A stretch of 64,000 nucleotides of DNA from a virus (taxonomy: Duplodnaviria > Caudoviricetes), in the IMG/VR virus record IMGVR_UViG_3300031555_004710, positions 32,001-96,000 of that record; one strand, 5' to 3'. The notes beneath the pieces were generated by a model. That model made no database searches. It saw only the letters and a program-made list of their open reading frames with translations, and was not told where the DNA came from. The translations under genes and the position numbers were made by a program. Positions 51,901-59,501 of the stretch are shown here, piece after piece. How positions within the stretch are numbered: position 1 is the first letter of the stretch; each line of letters begins with the position of its first letter.

Positions 51901-54763
51901 TCATCTTCTTTAACTCAGCTTTTCTCTTCTCTAAATCTGCTCTACTTCTAGGATCTACGTATGAAGATTTTTCAGGCAAACCTAATAATTGAGATGTAGT
52001 ATTATTTATATTATCTTCAGCAGCTTTCTTACCATTTTCAACTTCGTTCTCAACTTTTGCAGCTGCTTCAGCTTCAGCTTTTTTCTTCTTTTGCTCAGCT
52101 CGCCATTTTCTGTTAAGCTTTTGACTTAAGAAGGTATTATTTTTCCAATCATCATTATCTTGATAATTTTCACCATACATATATTGCATGGTATTATCAT
52201 ATAAGAACTCATAACCGTCTCCAAGATATCCTAAAGTTTTATCTTTTAGACTCTTTAATCCGGCTTTTGCTCCATCATATTGCTTTTTAAATATAGCATT
52301 TTCACCAGTAAATAATTTTTCTGTAGCTTTCTTTCTAGCTTCAGAATCCCACATTTTCTTAAAGAAACCTTCTTTACCAAAAAGACGAGAAGTGAAACCT
52401 TTAAAATTAGCTAGCATTGTACTAAGTGTAGCAAATACTATATTATTTGATTTTATTATAGACTCCTCTACAGTTGTAGCTGGAGGAGATTTCTGAAATA
52501 CTGCAATTGCATTAGATAAAATTTTCTGATCTCTATCATTAGCAGATTCAGTTTTCTTTTGATATGCATCATAATCTATAGTTGCAAGAGCGTTGATTTG
52601 CTCGACAGCTTTTTGTTCTTTATTATCAGTAGTGGAAGTTTTACTAGATAACCTAGTAGATGCACTTCCTACTGGAACTAAAGCAGTCGAAGTTGTAGGC
52701 TGAGATGATTTTTTACCATATCTTCCCATATATACAGAATCAAATGCCATGTCCTGCATTTTTCCACTATAGTAATCAACTCGATTACCAAATTCATCTA
52801 TTTTGCCTTTTGCTTTACTATAGATATCTTTAGCTCTACTAAAGATTTTTGATTTAGAACCAAAGCCAGACACATTATCTTTAACATTCTGCTTTGCAGC
52901 CTCTTTCTTGATTTCTCTAATAAGTTCAGCTTCAGTAGCACCACTTTTAGCTAATTTTATTATAAAATTGACAAAATCATCATCGAGACTAAGATCTACT
53001 TTAATATTTGCTTTATTTTGCAATGATTCAAAATATGCATTTATTCCCATGCTACCAGCGAAAGAGAATGAACGATAATCATTGCGCTTTATACCTTCTC
53101 TATCCCTAGATTCATAATCATGCATCTTTTTTATTGACTTAGTATATTCTGAACCATAAGTATTATTTATATTTCGATAAACGTGTTGAGTACTTCCTAT
53201 ATCATGATATAAATCATTTATTCTAGAAATAGCTCCTTCAAGTCCATCTTGGAATTCCATGATAAATTCTCTAATATGAGTATCAGAAACTCCTTCATTT
53301 TTAAGTTTACTAGCCATAGCTTGGCGAGCAGTCATTGTATCTTTCTTACCAGATATTTGATCATCGATTAATGCTTGTATACTGGTAAGAATACTTTCTT
53401 GATCTACGGATGATTTACCTGTAGCTTGAACAGCTTCAGTGAGTTTATCCATTGAATCCTTAAGAGATAATGAAAAAGTATCAAAGTATTCATTCCTCAT
53501 AGCTTTTTCAATTTCACTCTTAGATTTAAATTGACCTCTATCATAATCGTAATAACGTTTTTCGCTATTATCTAATTTAGAATCTATTGATGTTAATAAT
53601 TCAGGTATAACTTCAACAAGAGCTTTTTGTGCAATCCCATTCCATGGAGTTGCATTTTTCATATAATTAGAAAGATTTATATCTTTTATCTTCTCTCGTT
53701 TACTACCAAATACATCTCCTAATCCAAGCATTGCAAATAAAGGATTCGAGCTTAATTTATCTCCTAATTGCTTAAATCCTTCATCAAAGAATCTTGTAAG
53801 AGATTTATCGAATTTTTCTAAAGGTTCCTTCAAAGTTTTCGGAATCAAGAAATCTGTAAGAATTCCCATTATTCCAAAATCCTTTACATTACCACCAACA
53901 GATTTTGCCATCTCTGCGGCACTACCAAATAAAGAATCTTTAATACCTTCTTTAACGTAGTTAAAATATTCTTTTATATTAAAACCACCAGAGGTATCAA
54001 ATTTTCTATCTTTCTTTCGCATATCTGGCATCATAGATTTTTCAAAATTTTCAATCATTTTTCCAAGTCCAGATAGCATATCTATAGATTTACTATAATA
54101 CTCAATTGCATTTGTATTATTAAATTGCAAAATACCAGATAGATTTCGATTAATCATATCAAGTTTCTGGTTTTGAATATTAAGTGTAGTATTTATTGTG
54201 TTGAAACCATGTATCAAAGTATTATTAATTGACATACCTAAAGCTTGGGTACTTTTGATATTTGAATTAATTAAAGCCTTTGAACTAGCTTCAAGTCCTC
54301 TTAATTGTGCACTAGTACTTTGAATAACTGATTGTGCAACGCCTTTATTTCCAAGAAGAAGTATTTCTTCTGTAGACATATCTATGGCATCATCACCAGT
54401 TGGCATATTAAATGAACCGGATGTATCAGATTCATAATCATCAAACATCTCGTTATTTATTTTATCCATTGAAAAGTTTCCTGAATTTATATCATCAAAT
54501 GCAGACTTAAATAAATTTAGAGAGCGTTTATTTTGTGGAGAGTTATCTCTACTCGCCTGCTGTCTTTTAGTAACAGACTTTGTAGCTCTAGTTGCATTAC
54601 GGATATCCTTCAGGATAGCTGTTGTACTATTTACAGTATTAAATGTAGCTGGCATTACTGGTTCAAATAAAGCTTTTGCACCATTTCCAGCTTTTCCAAC
54701 AATTTTTGACCAGTTGATACGAGCAGTTTGCTGTGTACCAACATTTGAACTATTATTTTTCAC
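42986..54763 (-). CDS. Giant tape-measure-like protein with TM repeats and C39-like peptidase, lysozyme-like and M23 peptidase domains
   Basis: YAQGDPRW…GCGPTA…GHIV…DP (about 46030-46520); RGESGGNY…SVGPYQ (about 44260-44830); HAGID…YFAHM…STGNHLHYE (about 43520-43870); late promoter 54810-54821. Confidence 0.85.
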   Translation of the reverse strand: MKNNSSNVGTQQTARINWSKIVGKAGNGAKALFEPVMPATFNTVNSTTAILKDIRNATRATKSVTKRQQASRDNSPQNKRSLNLFKSAFDDINSGNFSMDKINNEMFDDYESDTSGSFNMPTGDDAIDMSTEEILLLGNKGVAQSVIQSTSAQLRGLEASSKALINSNIKSTQALGMSINNTLIHGFNTINTTLNIQNQKLDMINRNLSGILQFNNTNAIEYYSKSIDMLSGLGKMIENFEKSMMPDMRKKDRKFDTSGGFNIKEYFNYVKEGIKDSLFGSAAEMAKSVGGNVKDFGIMGILTDFLIPKTLKEPLEKFDKSLTRFFDEGFKQLGDKLSSNPLFAMLGLGDVFGSKREKIKDINLSNYMKNATPWNGIAQKALVEVIPELLTSIDSKLDNSEKRYYDYDRGQFKSKSEIEKAMRNEYFDTFSLSLKDSMDKLTEAVQATGKSSVDQESILTSIQALIDDQISGKKDTMTARQAMASKLKNEGVSDTHIREFIMEFQDGLEGAISRINDLYHDIGSTQHVYRNINNTYGSEYTKSIKKMHDYESRDREGIKRNDYRSFSFAGSMGINAYFESLQNKANIKVDLSLDDDFVNFIIKLAKSGATEAELIREIKKEAAKQNVKDNVSGFGSKSKIFSRAKDIYSKAKGKIDEFGNRVDYYSGKMQDMAFDSVYMGRYGKKSSQPTTSTALVPVGSASTRLSSKTSTTDNKEQKAVEQINALATIDYDAYQKKTESANDRDQKILSNAIAVFQKSPPATTVEESIIKSNNIVFATLSTMLANFKGFTSRLFGKEGFFKKMWDSEARKKATEKLFTGENAIFKKQYDGAKAGLKSLKDKTLGYLGDGYEFLYDNTMQYMYGENYQDNDDWKNNTFLSQKLNRKWRAEQKKKKAEAEAAAKVENEVENGKKAAEDNINNTTSQLLGLPEKSSYVDPRSRADLEKRKAELKKMRIEARLGTSKYSTDESMAFDREYEEIEDRLKKPIETIENNLMVIGEKTEKHVRAAAESTVGDIDKPVETKKKAYKDGFLKKMKATMPKALAGAVAGAGIGLLNNQFSLLGSMFLPGGPIAGAIVGGGLTILSQTEAFKTFMFGKLSDPNDPNSAREGGLISEKMRASFKKVMPFAIGGAVLGGLKGLLKGALGFNSGLGILGTQILPGGILGGALLGAGVSILKNSESFKTMLLGKKGEDGKRSGTIISNSFNKVKSGFSKLMPGIKKAGAGLGIGALSGAVLSSAGYLPAMLSLGGPVGMGIAGLGLGIAASTSKFNAWLFGTEELDENGNVIGRRKDGMLTRVKNILMTNVVQPISDTFKSKMLDLVDWTKEKITYPFRLAFGPILDSLTGIKDNVVDFAKEKFEAIGNGIMDVFRKTTKAIFSPITKAIGWVGKSMIGIASGATKLAMAPASIGLQGIRMLTAGKRRKEYAEFYKNYYAKGNLSGKLREKWDAEEAEGNKRNIFGKISDTIGTYIGHGEIADAAREGWNDEHAADGKNHLNWRGVHQEHRALKANRKARQADEKKWRKIDKFSSTLRDELGGRELTFNDYKFEAIRDKFKRLGIDEKYIQSSDDIMDIIYRKNEFKKKMDPSKSKVSGGMIIEETDEQKRSREKTEDFQDDVLDVLDGIRQDFAGFAREKLDKDNTDSFDKKWRKDKKKLRTKLHGAGIFNVDLNNPEMRDFDINEVDSDRLTDYKYSKYAETGDFIGFMKEFKITQKSKYKSGEETPESSNTDTNHFNLRANGSKIKNGFSNKWGKFKSWIGSKTSKNDIVNNMNNTTSQLLALPAPQRSAKEELFDRQAKLREIMTDGRMATSKYSTEQIENATNEWTLLRGKLKGAGKDITEDQATKILSEMNANIKDLLDVNKEHKEIDSAQLEISTSGEIDDTAVKKRKGKSFGSRIMGKFNAFTSWLGFNKKKSRADAEEAEDEYARKGTGQLLLTGDVDPNAKTEDEEEEKTGGIWGKIKSVGKLIGGSGAGQFILKGMKFAGSIGLLGALGFTVAELIRPGTAKKVGDKIDEFNDYVNSDDFSMKKVMHDFSVKFGTWFDDTVVGEWWNEKISPWWDNKAFPWLKDAVSKVPEIIFEYLPGTIVKAGELIATHAPKIISAFCTVISEIAPPLATAILKSTPEILGAVLKGSWEIVKSLGNELLYALGLKKRPNGDKETISNSSFSTSSDKQAFVDEMKNNSGKASYIDSETGEVVEVSAKSATIDENGNVIIEYNQDKTANTGLITAGSNAIIRGGLNSGRAGIHGKAGRAAVKMPFRAVGVMGGTSLGATGGAVAGTFGGPVGTVSGMATGGFKGAKAGWKAGGKVGDKVSNGVSRFGATYLPDATSEIVSNKSALGNWRMNRQLSKTVTSSTVNVDAGALEKSIKEATDSALAKASSGGGALALKLSTEEASSKVLSESIGASISATLSENGQVASKETMEKAIKESTERLMKETKSETATELAEKLAKKTGTTAIKEAGTEAVEATVKESKKGVIKSLFAKIKGAIDKLSKNEKVMKIIGKFTADSSIIGKFIKGFKEIIEKLATKVFSNEKIWMKLSTKIAGGLAELGLRTTPLAVLFGAYDLINGAFSAKNLFRTTETDWLMCLISALFEFVLGLSPIYLLNIVLEVVQAIMDTDFKCQWASALYKAMAPEDGGFGLLGDKGLEDSQLALEIATAKYNKEHGTNISSTEYNNKVNKGIGGTIWDGFKATSNAIFGTKFETQWNSKQDVTADEIAAYKKEKGLGQGLGYGPKHPAIINGVYAQGDPRWGKMPIGYLPDGSVATMDKAGCGPTALAAAANTVAERNIGYGPITPADMGAYAASNGYISQGGANAGLFTEGAARMGLVSNPINNSYELKDNLLAGKPTILTGRSSSSADPYTQAGHIVMADGIYGNNMSVMDPITGKHKLYDINNVSKNTEHAWAYSAGYGPRPSDKKAVGLTPGKSTNLTGKNTNTSTTSTSTPAKSNVIYVQSDVDESGKPIYDKVIRVRTGTDRKGNPIYTTTTIHSDGSATIKYSNTGTTRYVDDYASNGLIDYGTISGYKTNSSGIDDNILNSNYKYFKDNDTWFTDKYPDDVHGKTSNNIIKYADRTGGTISRVRLGYVLSTQYFGMNGGSYGTIQIIPKKLGNKYTDTYHSLTQDLVAKIYAAAIVSENRKGNTFVSAPLSDAEKFLALCNACRVMYGVGNTLEFTRDSSKFSSYITDINDDDYRKLAREASGLSAEITTPVVEQTGIMNAEQLAEFAKKKKFFGKLKLLGFIAQAKINATLNGTDFWTEFEELTREETNPSASSGAILKGSSTTLTNAINSPNNIQEELLGKTIENIYRGESGGNYATVINDTNNKASVGPYQANAGNAVKLLKNLANASGIPFELKSKFTEYANLINNGKALTKDQMNDLSSALGDEQNKDAIRSSIDATAMKFYHDTFYNPHFAGYYDTGLIKDLRTLPLLADIGNTGPNLITSKTKDNAFMYHWPQEANLTTKDEELAAAYNLLLSRKLYWANSKYASSYTKRIKDTYENLAGYEFKSFVPDPGGLSQYFAKETNPLGFGKPTEGLDKIGDVVINATDNMEKVKTFSTGMNEINKILVGHMGGKMGLDTDAMGLSTSKDKEGGSSEDTGSTPVKSGPKPTSSQNATAFFTNTLNARKTSDYGNRTHPISGEYKFHAGIDYGTSGKSPNIYTPVAGKCVENYYHSGYGNLCVIEADDGTKHYFAHMKNKSPLTIGQYYQAGTCVGVVGTTGSSTGNHLHYEIRNKPWTYKTNNINPDTYNYGSGVVSLGDNKSFDFTKLPADGFGNIPLLSLGYGNAKKTTKIDSPAYREQLRKSIDTQEEFKVTPRDFEAIGFGPGMTVDAGFDMTNTDGKLDKVIGIISEWFAESKKTTGSAQSSATTNNIVSNTTNISQSGGSTPKRVANTSKYKETLANHHMLVASKLNAHNIM

Positions 54764-54884
54764 GTTATCACCTACTTTCTTAATAGGGTAAAACTTAGTT
54801 AGTTGACTTTAAGAATTTGTTTTTACCCCTATATTTTAGGCAAATAAAGCATGAATAGTCTTATTAAAGGACTATTCATGCTAT

Positions 54885-55540
54885 TCAAATAATCTAAATT
54901 TTAGAATTTAAATATAATACAAAAACTATAAAGAAAAATAAATAATTATATCAAAACGATAATTCTTTCATAGTAGCACAATTATACATTTCTTAATATT
55001 TTTTCAAATTAAAGTAATATATAGATTATATTTATAACACTAGGCTTCCATAAAAAATAATATTTTTACTGATATAAATAATGACTACACAACTCCCTCT
55101 ATTCAAGGTGAGGCATGTAATTGTCAAAGTTCAATATAAAATATCAATATTTATTTTCACGCTAATATGATATTTATAAAAAGTATTATTTAAATCGAAA
55201 AACTTAATATGATATATTCTTACACATACTGAATCTAAAATCGATTTGCTATAAATAAAAACTATTCATAAAAATAATTATAGTATTATAATTTATCTTC
55301 ATTCATTTAAATTACTTTATATTTTTATAATATTTACTTTAATGATACCATATTTATCTTAATTGAGTATTATAAGATATTTTCATATTTCAATTACCAA
55401 TTGAAATAAATCAATTAAAAAATATAATATAGTACAAAGAGCAAAAATAAGCACCGCTTATTCAAAGTACAGCTCTTTCTACAATAATATAGATATTGTA
55501 GCATATTAGAAAAATGTTAACCATCTAAAAAGATACAAAA
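54885..55540. other. Long, extremely AT-rich non-coding region (candidate replication origin)
   Basis: About 650 bp with no ORF, between two terminator hairpins; function is inference. Confidence 0.35.
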
Positions 55541-55582
55541 AAGAAGATAGTTCAACGACTATCTTCTTTTTATTATGTTCTA

Positions 55583-56170
55583 TTATTTCTGTACCTCTTT
55601 TAACCAATAAGGTATAGGATTCTTTGCTTTAAGTATTGCTCTTTCTTTAGTTACTGTAACAGTATCATCTGCTGTATCATCTTTCTTGAAACGATTACCC
55701 ACAGAGGTACGTTCAGGTGCAATAACACAATTAATTTCCATACGAGTTTCATCTGGCTCAGTAATAGGGAATGAGAATTTTCTACCTGCACGCATATAAT
55801 CATGAATAACTGTTGTGCTAACATCTATCATAGCGGCAGCATGTTCTTTTGTCATCGGAATATCATCGATTTTATCAGCATCGTGCTTATCTAATCCAAG
55901 ATTTCTAAGCATAGGTTTTAATGAATCACGATAACGTTTTGAAGGTTTCTTTGTGATACCAACAGGTTCACCAGTACCAGAAGTATCTTTAGCAGAATAA
56001 GAATAAACTGTTACTTCATGGTCAGGTGTGTTAAGAAGAGCAGTTGCCATAGATTCTAAATCAGATCTTGAAACGGCACTTGATGTGCGTCCCTTTGCAC
56101 GGTTACTGCTATCAATTTTTTCTTTGATTTCACTACATAATTGAGTGTACGCATTTTTGTTTTTAGACAT
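55583..56170 (-). CDS. Probable DNA-binding protein with HU/IHF-like C-terminal half
   Basis: MTKEHAAAMIDV…IHDYMRAGRKFSF…APERT…ERAILKAK follows the HU helix/beta-arm layout. Confidence 0.5.
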   Translation of the reverse strand: MSKNKNAYTQLCSEIKEKIDSSNRAKGRTSSAVSRSDLESMATALLNTPDHEVTVYSYSAKDTSGTGEPVGITKKPSKRYRDSLKPMLRNLGLDKHDADKIDDIPMTKEHAAAMIDVSTTVIHDYMRAGRKFSFPITEPDETRMEINCVIAPERTSVGNRFKKDDTADDTVTVTKERAILKAKNPIPYWLKEVQK

Positions 56171-56359
56171 GTCTAGTATCTCCTTTACATTAAAAATATA
56201 GTATAATAATTATCATAATCTCGTACAATTATTATTAATATGAAGTTATCGTATCAATATTTTTATACACAGATTATCGATATTCAAGTAAATAATATAT
56301 GCTTAAAATAAGGATAAAAAAGAAATAGGTATTAATACAAATACCTATTTCTCTTAATT

Positions 56360-58693
56360 TTAAATGCCAAAGTTGCTAGTTGGTTCAGAAGATTCTTCGA
56401 TAGTTTCATCAGAATCATCATCTATTTCAACACGATATGTTAAATATTGTGAAACTTCTGCCGATGATGATATTGCTGAAAGGGTATCTCTTAACTGTAC
56501 TTTGAAATCTCCATTAACCGAAATATCATATTTAAGTTCTGATTTAGCATCATCTGATAATTCTGTTGTTGTAATTACTTTATGTCTCGTTTCGATATAT
56601 CCACATCTTCTACCAGATGCAAAGTATGATTCTGACATTACTTCTCCAGATACATCATTACTATTTAGATATTGCATAATATTACTATCATTTTGCAATC
56701 TAAAATAGGTGACAATATCTTGTATTAGTGGTGAGTTAAATATATTTTTAAGCTCATCATAAAAATCATCTTCATTTTCTTTAGCAAATATTATAATATT
56801 ATCTGGAATAACTTCAGGTGATGAATTGATTATTTTATCTAAAATATTTTCCTGCATTAGTTCATCATCTATAAATTTATATAATTCTTCCGATGCTTTA
56901 GAACCATCATTATTCATTATATATAATCCAAGACTATCGTTATTAGGATAGTTTATAAATCTAATATCTACTATAGTATTAGTACGATTATAGATATAAT
57001 CTGATACAATACACATCAACTTATTAATATGATGCACGCTTTTAGAACTGTATGACTTATCTCTATTGCTAATCTTTGATACATCAATATCATACATGAT
57101 ATCGCAATGCGCAACCAATACTTCAGGATCGATATATTTTGAGTCAATTCCTAAAATTTTAGAAATTTTATTAGCATGCTCATCGGTAATTTTGACTAAT
57201 GCATCTTTATCAATTATATCATAATCACCGGTTACTCTAATAGATACTCCAAGAGTAAATAAATGATCATATACTTTGGATGGTTTTAATGTGATAAATA
57301 TATCGGTTAAAATAATCCCAATTGCATGAAGATATCTGACCAGTTTATTATTTAAACTGATACGCTCATCTTCTATTTTACTGAAATCATTTATAATCCC
57401 ATCGATAATCATAGTATTTTCAACGGGAGATTCCATTCCAGATTTTGCTACAATTAAAGTTCCATTTGTACTTTCCATATCATCTATAACCTCTTTTTCA
57501 GAAACTATTGTAGAATATTTGCCCCCTATTGAATCAATAGGGGGCAAATAACTGCTATCGTCATTATTTTCTGAAACATCTTCAGATTTAACAGGACTCT
57601 TATTCTTTAATTGATTATGCATTTCTACAAGAGATTCCAATGATGTATCTTTTTGAACTGATGGTTTAGGTTTATTCTCTTTTTTCTTCGACTTATTCTC
57701 TGGTACTTTAGTAGTTGGAGTAGTATCTATATCAGGTATAACTACTTCTTTCTTTGCTTCTTCTTTATCTATGAATTCATCTAAAGATTCATATTTATTT
57801 AAAGTACCGTAGTTTGCAAATAACGGTCCCTTCTCAATTGGCTCACCGTTAAGTTTCTTTAAAAGTCTTTTATATATAATTTCAGTAATAGAATCTATCA
57901 TATCATCGGACTCTTTTCTGAAAAGTGATGCTGGAGTTTTTGGATAAATAGATTCAACATCGTCTTCATCATCATCTCCACATAAAAGTTCATCAAGTTC
58001 CGAATCTGTTAAATGACGACCTAATTTAGATTCAATTGCTGAAATTTCTTTAAGAATTTCTTCGTTACCACCTTTTTCAATTGCATGCTGTAAAGGATTT
58101 ATGAAACTAGGTTTATTTCGTTTCATCTCTGGGGGAATTTCCCCGTTTCTATATGCATTTAAACAGGTATCTGCAAATTCGCTATCACCAAACTCTGTAT
58201 CAGAATCAAAATAATCATCTTCATCATCGTCATCATAGTCATAATCGTCCATATTAGCAAAATCTCTTAAACTACGATACATTGACTTATATGATTCTTT
58301 ATTCTTACTACCGGTGATTAAACGAATTGTACGTTTAATTGCTTTACGATATAATTTCATTAAGTATTCATAAGCATCTCTAGATGAACGATTTTTATGA
58401 ATACGAAGTTTTATTGCCTCTACCAAAACCATTACCATTTCAATTCTTGCATCATGTAAAGAAGCATTAAAGAATCTCATAATAATGTCCCCTCGTGGAC
58501 CTCTTATTGCTCTTAAAATTATAGATAATGGTTTCTTTGAAGATAGAACGGTTGTGCAGAAGTTAGGAATCCCACAAGCGTCCTCAATTACTCTATCAGC
58601 ATATTTTACATATGTTGCATTTCCATATTGATCTCTTATCATAAAACGTATTTCACGTTCAATATAACGGAGACTTTGTTCCATCCCTGTCAT
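56360..58693 (-). CDS. Large acidic hypothetical protein
   Basis: ORF track; AAAGGGGG RBS. Confidence 0.6.
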   Translation of the reverse strand: MTGMEQSLRYIEREIRFMIRDQYGNATYVKYADRVIEDACGIPNFCTTVLSSKKPLSIILRAIRGPRGDIIMRFFNASLHDARIEMVMVLVEAIKLRIHKNRSSRDAYEYLMKLYRKAIKRTIRLITGSKNKESYKSMYRSLRDFANMDDYDYDDDDEDDYFDSDTEFGDSEFADTCLNAYRNGEIPPEMKRNKPSFINPLQHAIEKGGNEEILKEISAIESKLGRHLTDSELDELLCGDDDEDDVESIYPKTPASLFRKESDDMIDSITEIIYKRLLKKLNGEPIEKGPLFANYGTLNKYESLDEFIDKEEAKKEVVIPDIDTTPTTKVPENKSKKKENKPKPSVQKDTSLESLVEMHNQLKNKSPVKSEDVSENNDDSSYLPPIDSIGGKYSTIVSEKEVIDDMESTNGTLIVAKSGMESPVENTMIIDGIINDFSKIEDERISLNNKLVRYLHAIGIILTDIFITLKPSKVYDHLFTLGVSIRVTGDYDIIDKDALVKITDEHANKISKILGIDSKYIDPEVLVAHCDIMYDIDVSKISNRDKSYSSKSVHHINKLMCIVSDYIYNRTNTIVDIRFINYPNNDSLGLYIMNNDGSKASEELYKFIDDELMQENILDKIINSSPEVIPDNIIIFAKENEDDFYDELKNIFNSPLIQDIVTYFRLQNDSNIMQYLNSNDVSGEVMSESYFASGRRCGYIETRHKVITTTELSDDAKSELKYDISVNGDFKVQLRDTLSAISSSAEVSQYLTYRVEIDDDSDETIEESSEPTSNFGI

Positions 58694-58712
58694 ACTTATT
58701 CCCCCTTTCTAT

Positions 58713-59234
58713 TTAATAATCATCATCTTCATCTTCTTCGTATATGATATCTTCTTCTTCACTGTCATCGTCATCATTATCAATGTCAGAATCATCGTCA
58801 TCAATATCATATTCGTCAGAATCATCATTACCAAAAATTGCCATAGAAATACAATCGTCAAGTGATACTTCACCATCGTCCATAGGCGCCCAACCAACAG
58901 TATCCTTTACGACATTTATAAAGACTTTGCGGAGAACACTATCTCCAACATCTTCACTACATTCAAGAGTGCGTTCAATAATCTCTTCGCGTTTATTACG
59001 AAGCTGATCTTGTACTGAATAAGGTGCTCCGTGAATTAAGTCGTCAAACTGTTCGTCTATAGATTTTCTATCGAAATAATCAATAGGATTATATCCTAAG
59101 CAGTCTTCAAAATGGCTTCCCAATTCATCTTTAGAATCAAATTCATCCGGTGCTGCCATTTTTAATAAATCATCAGCAATATCATCTGCTGTCGCGTTGT
59201 TACATCTTACCATAAAATCCAGTAATTTTGCCAT
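58713..59234 (-). CDS. Highly acidic early protein
   Basis: D/E-rich C-terminal ~40 aa; early motif 59394-59401. Confidence 0.65.
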   Translation of the reverse strand: MAKLLDFMVRCNNATADDIADDLLKMAAPDEFDSKDELGSHFEDCLGYNPIDYFDRKSIDEQFDDLIHGAPYSVQDQLRNKREEIIERTLECSEDVGDSVLRKVFINVVKDTVGWAPMDDGEVSLDDCISMAIFGNDDSDEYDIDDDDSDIDNDDDDSEEEDIIYEEDEDDDY

Positions 59235-59390
59235 GCTATTAACACTCCTTATTTTTTATTAAATCATTAGCTAATTTGGTGTAGAAGCTATTGAGTTTAT
59301 AAGAATGTAATGCTTAACTTAGAATCTTACTGGCAATATCGAAATAGGTCCGTAACGATATATCCCATTCCGTTCTTCTATAAGTCCACT
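59235..59390 (-). promoter_or_regulatory. Structured 5' leader with imperfect anti-RBS
   Basis: Nested stems TAGAAG/CTTCTA, GAATG/CATTC, ATATCG/CGATAT. Confidence 0.45.
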
Positions 59391-59501
59391 ATAATAATAT
59401 ATGAATAAAATTTTTATTCAAATATACATCAGAGCTTAGAATATAAGCAATTTTAACAAAATCTTAAAGTTGACACCATATACTAAATATAAGAAAGGAC
59501 G

